Below, piece after piece: positions 1-11,478 of a stretch of DNA of 64,000 nt. The position numbers and the translations under genes were made by a program. Source of the DNA: an uncultured Spirochaetota bacterium (GTDB lineage Bacteria > Spirochaetota > Brevinematia > Brevinematales > JAOACQ01). The DNA is taken from positions 288,001 through 352,000 of the forward strand of contig CAWIGG010000002.1 in NCBI GenBank assembly GCA_963835575.1, read 5' to 3'. A model generated the notes under the pieces. The model did no database searches and was not told where the DNA came from. It worked only from the letters and a program-made list of their open reading frames with translations. Within the stretch, counting starts at the first letter, position 1, and each line of letters opens with the position of its first letter.

Positions 1-30
1 AACTTCGTGTTCTTCGTGAACTTCGTGGTT
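1..30. repeat. 9-nt-period repeat (CTTCGTG x3), probably the right arm of a REP-like inverted element cut by the window edge
   Basis: CTTCGTG at 3-9, 12-18 and 21-27, ending GTGGTT; same architecture as the right arms at 2740-2770 and 28609-28638. Confidence 0.6.
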
Positions 31-112
31 ATCACATAATCTGTTATCAAACCAGCCGCAGGTTTTGAAGAATAGCCTGTGGTAATTATTTTCTCTTATT
101 GGAGGTATTTTA

Positions 113-535
113 ATGAAAAAATTATTTATAGTTTTTTCCTTTATCATAATATTATCAGTCATCGGATGCGCGCCTGTTGTAAAAAAAACAATTTCCGGGA
201 GCCGGAAAATACAGACAATTGAAGCTGAAAAGGCTTTTGATATTGTCATGAGCAACCGGAATAATCCGGATTTTATCATCATTGATGTCCGGACGCCTGC
301 CGAATACAGCGAAGAACACTTAGCCGGGGCTATCAATATAGATTATTCATCGCCGCAATTTGAAAAAGACATTTCTTCTCTGGACAGGAGCAAAATCTAT
401 CTTCTTTACTGCAAATCCAGCCGCCGGAGCGAGAACGCGATCAAATTATTCAGGGAAATGGGTTTTCTTGAGGCATACCATATTTTCGGCGGGTTAAACG
501 AATGGGCCAGGAAAGGCTATCCTGTTGTAAAATAA
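113..535 (+). CDS. Rhodanese-like domain lipoprotein
   Basis: Lipobox-like VIGC; IIDVRTPAEY, HLAGAINI, YCKSSRRS active-site loop, GGLNEW; GGAGG RBS. Confidence 0.85.
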   Translation: MKKLFIVFSFIIILSVIGCAPVVKKTISGSRKIQTIEAEKAFDIVMSNRNNPDFIIIDVRTPAEYSEEHLAGAINIDYSSPQFEKDISSLDRSKIYLLYCKSSRRSENAIKLFREMGFLEAYHIFGGLNEWARKGYPVVK

Positions 536-672
536 TGAATTAACCGCCAATCTTTTCCATTATTATTTGTCCTTTTTTGTTTAACTTTTCTGTAAAAATA
601 TGTTATAATATAAGCGATTAAAAGCTTGTTTTTGCAGCGGTATGTTTATTAAGTCAATAAGAGGGAGGGGAC

Positions 673-2643
673 ATGAATAGAGAAGTGAATTATACTGCCC
701 AATCCATAGCCGCGTTGAATTATCCGGATGGGATCAGAAAAAGGCCGGATATGTACATCGGCGACAGGGGTGCGGACGGCTTTCACCATCTGGCCTATGA
801 AATTATTGACAATTCCGTTGATGAACATCTGGCTGGTTATGCCAAAAATATCCGTGTTTCCCTGCTGGAGTCCTGCCTGCTTGAGGTGGAAGACGACGGA
901 CGGGGCATACCGGTCGACCTTCATCCCACCGAAAAAGTTTCGGCCATAGAAGTCGTATTAACAAAGCTCCATTCCGGCGGTAAGTTTGACAGGAATTCAT
1001 ACCGGGTTTCCGGCGGTCTGCATGGCGTCGGACTGTCTGTCGTTAACGCGCTTTCCGAGTACCTTGAAGTGGAAGTCTTCCGCGACGGCCAGCAGTATAT
1101 GATCCGTTATGAAAAAGGATTGAAAGCATACAATCTTAAGGTTTTAGGAACTTCGAAGAAAATCGGGACAATCGTCCGTTTTCAGCCCGATCCATCCATT
1201 TTTCAGACGCAAAAGTTTTCCTCCAGCGCTCTCGCATCGCGTCTTCGTGAAATAGCTTTTTTAAATCCCGGCCTTTGCATTCTTTTTGAAGACCGCCTCA
1301 CTGAGGACCCGGACAAGCCGGATACTTTTTTAACACAGAAATATCAATATGAAAGCGGTATTATTCAATTCATTAAAAATGAGCTGAACAAGGATTTTGA
1401 AGTGATTTTTCCCGAGCCGATCCGAATAGAGGGCTCGCAGGAAGGGATAGATGCGGAGGTCGTTTTCCAGTACAGGAACAGCGGCGACGAACCCGAGATC
1501 TACAGCTATGTCAACAGTATTCACACAAAAAGCCATGGCATCCATGTGGACGCGTTCTGGATGGCGTATGAAAAAGTAATGCAGAAATTCGCAGTCAGGC
1601 TCAATCTGGACAAAAGGGCAGAAAAGGTTGATAAAAAGACGCTGGCCTTCGGCTTGACATGCGTCATTAATACGAAAATCCCGAATGCCGAGTTTAAAGG
1701 GCAGACAAAGGATAAGCTGACCGAGCCGGTTGAGGCCAGGACCATTATCCGGGATATACTGGAAAAAAGTTTTTCCATCTTTTTTGAGAAAAATATCGAA
1801 CTAGCGGAAGAGATTGTAAAAAAAGCCATTCTCGAGCTGAAGGCTCTCCAGGAAGCGGAAAAGGCGCGGGAAGGCGTCAGAACAGGCCTGGGCAGGGGAA
1901 AGCGCGGCACAGCCGCTATTATCGCGGGCAAACTGGCCGACTGTTCGACGAAAAAGCGGGAACTCAGGGAGCTCTTTATCGTGGAAGGCGATTCCGCCGG
2001 CGGTTCGGCAAAACAGGGCAGGGACAGGGAAATTCAGGCGATTCTGCCTCTCAGGGGTAAAATCCTTAATGTTGAAAAGAAACTGGAAAAAAGCGCCCTT
2101 AATTTAATATTGGCCAATGAGGAAATCAAGACGATGATCGCTGTCCTAGGCACGGGTTATTATACAAATTTCGATATAGAAAAGCTCAATTATCATAAGA
2201 TCATCATAATGACGGATGCGGATGTCGACGGGGAACATATCAAGACGCTCCTATTGACATTCCTGTACCGCTTTATGCGGCAGCTGATCGAGAACGGCAA
2301 TGTTTTTATCGCCCAGCCGCCCCTCTACAGGATTTCCGCTGGAAAAACCGTTGATTACGCCTACAGCGACACGGAAAGGGATACCATGATGAATAATAAA
2401 TTTAAAGGCATGAAATACGATATTCAGCGGTATAAAGGATTGGGCGAGATGAATCCCGACCAGCTCTGGGAAACAACGATGAATCCCCTGTCCAGAAAAA
2501 TGGTCCGCGTTTCAATAACCGACTTTGATGAGGCCGAAAATATGATCAAGATACTGATGGGCGATGATGCCAACAGCGGCGATAGAAAACGCTTTATCCT
2601 TTCGAACGTGAATTTTGTCACGAATGTGGATGATATCGGGTAG
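673..2643 (+). CDS. Type IIA DNA topoisomerase subunit B (GyrB/ParE family)
   Basis: IRKRPDMYIG, EIIDNSVDE, GLHGVGLSVVNALS, EGDSAGGSAKQGR, PLRGKILN, IMTDADVDG, QRYKGLGEMNP; gyrB versus parE not resolved. Confidence 0.95.
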   Translation: MNREVNYTAQSIAALNYPDGIRKRPDMYIGDRGADGFHHLAYEIIDNSVDEHLAGYAKNIRVSLLESCLLEVEDDGRGIPVDLHPTEKVSAIEVVLTKLHSGGKFDRNSYRVSGGLHGVGLSVVNALSEYLEVEVFRDGQQYMIRYEKGLKAYNLKVLGTSKKIGTIVRFQPDPSIFQTQKFSSSALASRLREIAFLNPGLCILFEDRLTEDPDKPDTFLTQKYQYESGIIQFIKNELNKDFEVIFPEPIRIEGSQEGIDAEVVFQYRNSGDEPEIYSYVNSIHTKSHGIHVDAFWMAYEKVMQKFAVRLNLDKRAEKVDKKTLAFGLTCVINTKIPNAEFKGQTKDKLTEPVEARTIIRDILEKSFSIFFEKNIELAEEIVKKAILELKALQEAEKAREGVRTGLGRGKRGTAAIIAGKLADCSTKKRELRELFIVEGDSAGGSAKQGRDREIQAILPLRGKILNVEKKLEKSALNLILANEEIKTMIAVLGTGYYTNFDIEKLNYHKIIIMTDADVDGEHIKTLLLTFLYRFMRQLIENGNVFIAQPPLYRISAGKTVDYAYSDTERDTMMNNKFKGMKYDIQRYKGLGEMNPDQLWETTMNPLSRKMVRVSITDFDEAENMIKILMGDDANSGDRKRFILSNVNFVTNVDDIG

Positions 2644-2653
2644 GGGAATAACG

Positions 2654-2770
2654 GCCACGGAATTTCACAGAATGACGCAGAATTCGGAGCTATTGGAAAG
2701 CATCATGGCTTCCTTTTATAGCTCTTTATCAGGCGAATTATTTCAGTATATTTCCGTGAAATTCTGTGGC
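2654..2770. repeat. 117-bp REP/MITE-like inverted-repeat element with 10-nt-period arms
   Basis: Left arm GCCACGGAATTTCACAGAATGACGCAGAATT (2654-2684); right arm 2740-2770 is its imperfect reverse complement; interior also pairs (GAGCTAT/ATAGCTC). Confidence 0.8.
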
Positions 2771-2778
2771 TGAATTAT

Positions 2779-2807
2779 TTGATTATTTTTAACGCCTGTC
2801 TTATAAT
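2779..2807 (+). promoter_or_regulatory. Putative sigma70 promoter of rpmB
   Basis: TTGATT-17 nt-TATAAT. Confidence 0.6.
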
Positions 2808-2843
2808 ATTGACCTTAAATACCGGATTGAAACGGAGGATTCT

Positions 2844-3035
2844 ATGTCCAGAAAATGTGATGTATGCGGAAAGGGGCCTTTATACGGAAATAACGTTTCT
2901 CACTCACATAGAAAAACCAGAACGCGCTGGGAGCCGAACCTGAAAAAGGTTAAAGCCATTGTAGACGGTAATGTCAAGCGCATGAAGATCTGCATGGATT
3001 GCCTTCATGCCGGCAAGGTTAATATTACTTTCTAA
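2844..3035 (+). CDS. rpmB: 50S ribosomal protein L28 (Zn-binding CxxC form)
   Basis: [45 protein letters not shown]. Confidence 0.97.
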   Translation: MSRKCDVCGKGPLYGNNVSHSHRKTRTRWEPNLKKVKAIVDGNVKRMKICMDCLHAGKVNITF

Positions 3036-3064
3036 AAGAGTTTTTGATATCAATCCAATATGAT

Positions 3065-3097
3065 AAAAAGGCGGCGATTTGTATCGCCGCCTTTTTT

Positions 3098-3099
<2 letters not shown>
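3065..3099. terminator. Bidirectional intrinsic terminator between rpmB and purA
   Basis: AAAAA-GGCGGCGAT-ttgt-ATCGCCGCC-T run. Confidence 0.85.
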
Positions 3100-5400
<2,301 letters not shown>

Positions 5401-5411
5401 AATGGGATCCT

Positions 5412-7007
5412 TTAATTCTTATCTTTTTTAAAAACAACATAAGAAAACGCGCCGAAGGAGATCAAAGATAATAAATAGGGAAATAAAAAGCCGAACTTGA
5501 CATATATGGTTTCAATATTGTCATTAATTAAGGGAACATCACCGACATATAAGCCCCTCTGGTAATCGCCGATATTGCCGGAAAAGCCTCCCGTGACATC
5601 AATAATCCCGGTTACCCCGGTATTGGCGGCGCGTGCTATGGGTCTCCTGACAGATATGGCGGTGAGGGTGGCCCCGGCAAGGTGCTGCCACATAGGATGC
5701 CGGAAACCCTCGAGATACGCCCAGCCGTCATTTGTGGAATTAATAAAGTAATTGACCCTTTTCCTGATAAATTTTCTGGCTAATTGCGCATAAAGGTCCT
5801 CATAGCAGATCAGGACGCGGAAGCGTGATTTTCTGCCCTGTATGACATTATAGTTTGTTGAAGGCGTGTAGGATCCGGCGCCTTCGATATTCATGATGTC
5901 TTTTACAATCGGGAGTTTGTCATAAACCGGCATCCATTCCCCGAACGGCACAAGGTGGATTTTCGCGTTTCGCTGGCGGGTATTGGCGGCGGGATCCAGG
6001 TAATCCGCTGTATTGTAGTTTTTTTCATTGACCTGGTCCGGGCTGGTAAATAAAATAGGAATATTGAATTCCCCGGGCATTCTGACATAACGGAGGTTCA
6101 GTATGTTCACTTCCTCGTCCGGGCTTAATTTATTCAGGTAATACCAGACATAATGCTTGACCATGGTTTCGCTCCAGACGATCATGTCCGGGTTCTGGAT
6201 GGCTGCTTCCGCGTTAAGTTTCCACATAATGCCGTAGTTTTTCCAGCGGTCTCTCCAGTAATCCGGGTCCCTGGAAGGGCTGTTCGGCTGAATAAGGGCC
6301 AGTTTTTCCTTGGGAGAAATATGGGATAAATACTGGTAAGAACGGTATTGGATTAAGCCGTATATTAAATTCAAAATAAAAAGACCTGAAAACACTCCGA
6401 TCTTGACCGCGTTTTTTTTAAAAGCTTTGCTCACACTGCCCTTTTCAAAAAGAGCGCAGAAAACGTCCGCTATGACAGAATTAGCCAGAAGAATGAGAAA
6501 GCTGATGCCCCACACGCCGAAAAGGTCCGCGCTTTGTATCAGAACTGAATATTTCCATTGGGAATCCCCTAAAAAATTCCAGATAAGACCATGAAAACCC
6601 GCGGACCTGAGAAGTTCGCTGGAAACCCAGATCATCGGGACTAAAAGATAGCGCCATTTTTTCAGTTTTTTTCCTATTAATGCAATGCACATAAAAAAGA
6701 AGGCATAATAAACGGCATAAAGAGGGATGATCAGGAATAAAGACGGGAACCAGAAACCGTAAATCCAGAAAAAAGTCAGACTGAAAAACAGGATGCCGTA
6801 AAAAAATGAATAAGCCACGGTCAGATAAACCGGCCGTAAATAGGCGAAAGCGAGAACAGGAATAAAAATAAACCAGACGGTAAATGAAAGATTATAAGTG
6901 GGATAAGCAAAAGCGTAGAAAAAAGCCCAGAGAAGCCAGAGGACATTGTCTAATATCAGTCCGTAAACCGACCTTTTTATTTTAATATTCACCCAAGAGC
7001 ACCTCAT
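5412..7007 (-). CDS. lnt: Apolipoprotein N-acyltransferase
   Basis: N-terminal TM helices; nitrilase triad VWSET, KIHLVPFGE, LICYED; TNDGW, RAANTG. Confidence 0.92.
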   Translation of the reverse strand: MRCSWVNIKIKRSVYGLILDNVLWLLWAFFYAFAYPTYNLSFTVWFIFIPVLAFAYLRPVYLTVAYSFFYGILFFSLTFFWIYGFWFPSLFLIIPLYAVYYAFFFMCIALIGKKLKKWRYLLVPMIWVSSELLRSAGFHGLIWNFLGDSQWKYSVLIQSADLFGVWGISFLILLANSVIADVFCALFEKGSVSKAFKKNAVKIGVFSGLFILNLIYGLIQYRSYQYLSHISPKEKLALIQPNSPSRDPDYWRDRWKNYGIMWKLNAEAAIQNPDMIVWSETMVKHYVWYYLNKLSPDEEVNILNLRYVRMPGEFNIPILFTSPDQVNEKNYNTADYLDPAANTRQRNAKIHLVPFGEWMPVYDKLPIVKDIMNIEGAGSYTPSTNYNVIQGRKSRFRVLICYEDLYAQLARKFIRKRVNYFINSTNDGWAYLEGFRHPMWQHLAGATLTAISVRRPIARAANTGVTGIIDVTGGFSGNIGDYQRGLYVGDVPLINDNIETIYVKFGFLFPYLLSLISFGAFSYVVFKKDKN

Positions 7008-7131
7008 TTTTCATATTATACAATTAAACCGGATTTTACTCAATCGGAAAAAAGTTGTTTTATAAAAATGATTTTTGCATAGTCGGCTGGCCCGGGAAAA
7101 CGGACAGGGACTAAATTCTATATAATATATT

Positions 7132-8760
7132 TTAAGATTTTACACGGTTTCTCCTGCGGAGGATTATAACTATTCCCGGCACTATATAGGCTATAAATAT
7201 AATTATGGCAATAAACGAAAGTAATCTTCGTTCGGAAGTTGTAAGCAGGAAACTTGTATTCTCTGTTGTTTTCGGGCGTATGGTAATATCCGCTTCCCTT
7301 TTCAGCAGATAATTTATTGAATTAAGAAATAAATCGGAATCGGCGCCGACGTCGTAGTTCGCGTTATTGATAAAATCGCTGTCGCCGAAAACAACCATTC
7401 TCGATTCGATGACATTGGTATCTTCCCCGGTCCTGGTCACGGAAATATTGGTCTGGATCTTTCTTACAGCGTAGGCTAAAACAAGCGGGCCTTTTAAATC
7501 GTTTTTATCCTGACTGACAGAGTTTTCTTTGATTTCCTTCAATGATACTTCGCCGTAAGAATTTTTTGAGGTTTTAAGTAAAGGCGAAATCATATAGCTG
7601 TCCTTAGATACCCTGTCGTTTTCCGGCAATTCAAGGATCCCAACCGCTGTAGGCATTGTGACGCCGATGTTATTCCTGATAATGGGCATGGTGATTTCAT
7701 GGGGAATAATTTGAGGGACGATCTTTGTTTTCCCGTATTCCGGCATATAATCTTCGTCTTCGACAGCGAGGTTCTGGATATAGAACAGGCCCATCTGCCG
7801 CAATATATCATTGATAGTTATATGACTTTCAAATTCCAGAAGGACAAGAACGCTGCCGCCCTGCCGGATATAATTGTCGACTTTGTCCAGTTCATCAACG
7901 GAAAAAGAATGCGTCGGGTTGCCGATGATGAGAAGGCTGCAGTCAGCCGGTATGAGGGGCGTTTTCAGCAGATTCAGATAGCCGACCTTGAAATTTTCCT
8001 CCGACATCTTTTCTGTTATTCCTGAAAATCCCCTGTCGCCTGAATCGGAGGGATTAATTTCACCATGGCCCTGAAGGATATAAATATTTTGAGGCTTGCT
8101 CAGAATAAGGTTTTTAATAGCGCCGGTGTATGCCGCTTCTCCTTTATAAGTGATCTTGCCTGATTGAGGATCGCTCGAATAGATCTTTTTTATGCCGACA
8201 TAGGCCCTGTTGCCCTGGTATTCAAAAACCACCGTGCCGTTCTCTTTAATATTATACTCATTGGCAAGCGCCCTGTTCTGATTAGGATCGGCTGTTGTGA
8301 TCTGGATCCGGCCGTTTTTTTCCGAGTATGTTTTCAGCATGTTGCCCTGGTAGTCAAGAATGAAATCGTTCCTGTCGGAGGGTTTGAAATAAAAGACTTT
8401 CATCTCGTTTGTGACGCTTTTTAAGACATTAATTGTTTCTTCCGAAAGGCTGTAAAGGCGCGAGGCTGTCAGGTCAATTTTCCAGGAAAGTGAATTGGAT
8501 AATAAATAAATGAAAATCAGTATTCCGATGATGATGATCAGCTGGACAATTTTATAAATGCCTGTCAGGGTTCCTGTTTTATGTAATAGTGCCAATAATT
8601 CTTTGTAATTTAATGCGGTATATCCGAGAATGACTGCCGCGGTCACTCCGAAAAGAATCCGGGTCACAACGGCATAAAAACCCATAATGATGTAAAGAAT
8701 AATTGACGCCGATAAAAAGCCGAGAATCAGGAAGAGTACTAAGGCCTTCCATTTTTTCAT
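7132..8760 (-). CDS. GldG-family ABC transporter auxiliary/substrate-binding component
   Basis: DLTASRLYSLS, QGHGE, VVFGDSDF..N, C-terminal TM helix. Confidence 0.85.
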   Translation of the reverse strand: MKKWKALVLFLILGFLSASIILYIIMGFYAVVTRILFGVTAAVILGYTALNYKELLALLHKTGTLTGIYKIVQLIIIIGILIFIYLLSNSLSWKIDLTASRLYSLSEETINVLKSVTNEMKVFYFKPSDRNDFILDYQGNMLKTYSEKNGRIQITTADPNQNRALANEYNIKENGTVVFEYQGNRAYVGIKKIYSSDPQSGKITYKGEAAYTGAIKNLILSKPQNIYILQGHGEINPSDSGDRGFSGITEKMSEENFKVGYLNLLKTPLIPADCSLLIIGNPTHSFSVDELDKVDNYIRQGGSVLVLLEFESHITINDILRQMGLFYIQNLAVEDEDYMPEYGKTKIVPQIIPHEITMPIIRNNIGVTMPTAVGILELPENDRVSKDSYMISPLLKTSKNSYGEVSLKEIKENSVSQDKNDLKGPLVLAYAVRKIQTNISVTRTGEDTNVIESRMVVFGDSDFINNANYDVGADSDLFLNSINYLLKREADITIRPKTTENTSFLLTTSERRLLSFIAIIIFIAYIVPGIVIILRRRNRVKS

Positions 8761-8772
8761 AGTCGCTGCACC

Positions 8773-9477
8773 TCATTTCCATGTTTTGGATTCTATTATA
8801 GTCTTGGCGGTAAAAAGGCAGGCAAAAGAGCCGATCAGAAAGTACAGGATATCTTTTAATTTTATAAGCCCGGTGGCGAACTGGTAATAATGATTGGAAT
8901 AAGACAATTCTTTTAGAAAATTGGAAAGCGGGTTGTCAGCGGAATTGGCGAAAAATGAAACAATCATAAAAAGGAGAATGAAAAGCAGAGACATCAGGGC
9001 GGCCACGACATAGTTGTCCGTCAGGGAAGAGGCGATCATACCCAGGGAAGCGAAAAGGATAGTTGAGAAAAGTATTCCCAGGTAGCCTGAAATAACAGAG
9101 CCCCACTCGATAGTTGTGTAAAAGACAAGTATGAGAGGGTATAAAAGCAGTATTGTATTAGCGATGAGGGTGAAAGTAAAAACGCTCAGGAATTTACCGA
9201 AGACAATCTGCCATGATGACACAGGGGAAGTGAGAAGAAGCTCATATGTTCCCAGTTTTTTGTCTTCCGCCAGAAGCCGGATGGTCAGTATGGGTATAAT
9301 GAAAAGGGAAACTGTGTTCATATCGGAAAAAAACGAGGAAAAATCGCTTGAGTTCCTGTCGCCCAGGAAGTATCCATGGAACAGGATTACAGAAAGGACC
9401 AGGTAAACGCCCATGACCATATATCCCATCCAGGAAGTGAAGTAAACCTTTAATTCCTTCTTAAAGATCGCAATCAT
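8773..9477 (-). CDS. GldF-like ABC-2 permease
   Basis: KKELKVYF, EDKKLGTYELLLTSPV..IVFGKF. Confidence 0.88.
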   Translation of the reverse strand: MIAIFKKELKVYFTSWMGYMVMGVYLVLSVILFHGYFLGDRNSSDFSSFFSDMNTVSLFIIPILTIRLLAEDKKLGTYELLLTSPVSSWQIVFGKFLSVFTFTLIANTILLLYPLILVFYTTIEWGSVISGYLGILFSTILFASLGMIASSLTDNYVVAALMSLLFILLFMIVSFFANSADNPLSNFLKELSYSNHYYQFATGLIKLKDILYFLIGSFACLFTAKTIIESKTWK

Positions 9478-9498
9478 ATCAAATTCTCCATAATGTTG

Positions 9499-10410
9499 TT
9501 ATTTAACTAATTTAATGAATATATCTTCCAGGGAACTGTCCTTCTGGATCAATTCCAGTAAACCGCAGTTGTTTTCCACAATCATCTTTGCGATTTTCTC
9601 GCGCATATCCTGCCCGGTATTTATAAGCACTTCTTCACCCACGGCAGTAACGGAAATGACCCCTTTTTCCTTTTTTAAAAGGGGGATAAGCCCGGCTTGA
9701 TTTTTACGCACTTTTACCGATAGCATCATTCCCATTTTTTCTTTTTGTTTGAGATGTTCAATAGTATCGACAGCCATTATACTGCCGTTGTGAATAATGA
9801 TCGCTTTTTCACAGATTTCCTGCGCTTCCGCCAGTAGATGGGTGGAAAGGATGACAGTCCTGTCCTCTTCCTTGGCAAGACGTTTTATGAGATTGCGGAT
9901 TTCAACAACCTGGATTGGATCCAGGCCGACCGTCGGTTCATCAAGAATGATAACCTTGGGGGAATTAACAATACTCTGCGCTATTCCCACTCTCTGTTTC
10001 AAGCCCTTGGAAAGTAGGCTGATCATTGTATTTTTTCTATCTGTCAGGTCGGTCTGAATGATGACTTTTTCAACGCTTTTCATAATATCGGTTTTATTAA
10101 CGCCTTTCAATTCCGCGACAAAAGAGAGGTATTCTTTTACCGTCAATTCGGGATAAAGAGGCGGATTTTCAGGGAGATAGCCGGTCATGGTTTTAACTTT
10201 TTTTGATTCCTCAAAAACATCCAGGCCGTCGATATGCACTTCCCCGCTGGTCGGGGACAAAAAGCCGGTGATAATGCGCATGGTCGTTGTTTTACCGGCG
10301 CCGTTAGGGCCTAAAAAAGCGGCGATATCGCCTTTTTTAACATCAAAGCTGACATTGTTCAGCGCCAGAAAACTGCCGTATTTTTTGGAAAGGTTTTTGA
10401 CTTGAATCAT
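9499..10410 (-). CDS. GldA-like ABC transporter ATP-binding protein
   Basis: GPNGAGKTT, LSKGLKQRV, ILDEPTVGLDP; AGGAG RBS before ATG at 10410. Confidence 0.92.
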   Translation of the reverse strand: MIQVKNLSKKYGSFLALNNVSFDVKKGDIAAFLGPNGAGKTTTMRIITGFLSPTSGEVHIDGLDVFEESKKVKTMTGYLPENPPLYPELTVKEYLSFVAELKGVNKTDIMKSVEKVIIQTDLTDRKNTMISLLSKGLKQRVGIAQSIVNSPKVIILDEPTVGLDPIQVVEIRNLIKRLAKEEDRTVILSTHLLAEAQEICEKAIIIHNGSIMAVDTIEHLKQKEKMGMMLSVKVRKNQAGLIPLLKKEKGVISVTAVGEEVLINTGQDMREKIAKMIVENNCGLLELIQKDSSLEDIFIKLVK

Positions 10411-10525
10411 TGTCTTCTCCTGGGGCCGCTTATTTGAAACCGCCATCAATCAGAATAACATGTATTTTACTTTATTCCTTCATTTTTTAAAAGAAAACGA
10501 CAGGATGAATAATAAGAAACTGAAT

Positions 10526-10990
10526 TTAGGGGGTATTGGCGAAGACAATATTGGTGTAATTACTCGGGTCTCCGTAGGTATTATACTGCTCGCTGTATGC
10601 TTTGACCATAAACCAGTACGTCGTTTCAGGTATTAAATTCTGGTTGTTTGTATATTTGGAAACAAAATAAGTGAAACTCTGGACCGATGACATTGGGGGC
10701 ACATTAAAGATGGTGGGTTTATTTGTAGTGCCGTCGGAGTTTGGAACTATAAAACCCGCGTTGGGAAAATCGGCTAATAAGATATCCATATAGATATAAT
10801 AACCGGTAAAATAATCTTCATTATTCAACGCGTAGAATTGAAGAAAAATGCTGTTATTGGAATTAACGGCTGTCAGCCCCATCGGAGCGGCCAGATTTAT
10901 GATAGGCTGATATGTCTCAATGCCGCAGGAAAGGAGAAGAACTGTAAAAACAAACGGAATGGATAATAGTTTAAGTATTATATTTCTCAA
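10526..10990 (-). CDS. Hypothetical lipoprotein (FN3-like), paralog 1
   Basis: LLSC lipobox; beta-rich; similar to 11008-11463. Confidence 0.7.
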   Translation of the reverse strand: MRNIILKLLSIPFVFTVLLLSCGIETYQPIINLAAPMGLTAVNSNNSIFLQFYALNNEDYFTGYYIYMDILLADFPNAGFIVPNSDGTTNKPTIFNVPPMSSVQSFTYFVSKYTNNQNLIPETTYWFMVKAYSEQYNTYGDPSNYTNIVFANTP

Positions 10991-11007
10991 ATTTTATCCC
11001 CTGCTTG

Positions 11008-11463
11008 TCATAAATTTGTATCATAAACAATATTTGTTATATTGCTCGGCAAGCTGTACACATTATATTGGGCGCTGTAAGCCGCGACATAAAAGTAGTA
11101 ATTTGCCCCCTGTCCGAGTATAACAGGATCAACAATATTGGATTGGATCCAGTAGGTAAAAAGATTAACGGCGGTCATAGTGACGAGCGGCATAGTTATT
11201 GTAGTGGAATCGCCGGGGGCATTTTTGACATTAGTCCAGCCAGAATTTGCATTTGTTGATATGTATATCACATAACCGGAAAAATAATTTTCTTTATTGT
11301 CGCCGTAAAATTGAAGGAGAATCATCTGATTGGAATTATAAGCTATAAGAGGGTATGGAGCGACTAATTTAATAGGCGGTTCAAATTGCTCAACGCTGCA
11401 TGCATTATAAATCAATAAGAGAATAAAAAAAGAAAAAAGAAATAAGAAGATTTTCTTTTTCAT
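11008..11463 (-). CDS. Hypothetical lipoprotein (FN3-like), paralog 2
   Basis: YNAC lipobox-like; shares NSN..I.LQFY..N.E.YF.GY.IY and AYS.QYN.Y..PSN.TNIV with its neighbour. Confidence 0.7.
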   Translation of the reverse strand: MKKKIFLFLFSFFILLLIYNACSVEQFEPPIKLVAPYPLIAYNSNQMILLQFYGDNKENYFSGYVIYISTNANSGWTNVKNAPGDSTTITMPLVTMTAVNLFTYWIQSNIVDPVILGQGANYYFYVAAYSAQYNVYSLPSNITNIVYDTNL

Positions 11464-11478
11464 TTGGACCTTCTTCTT

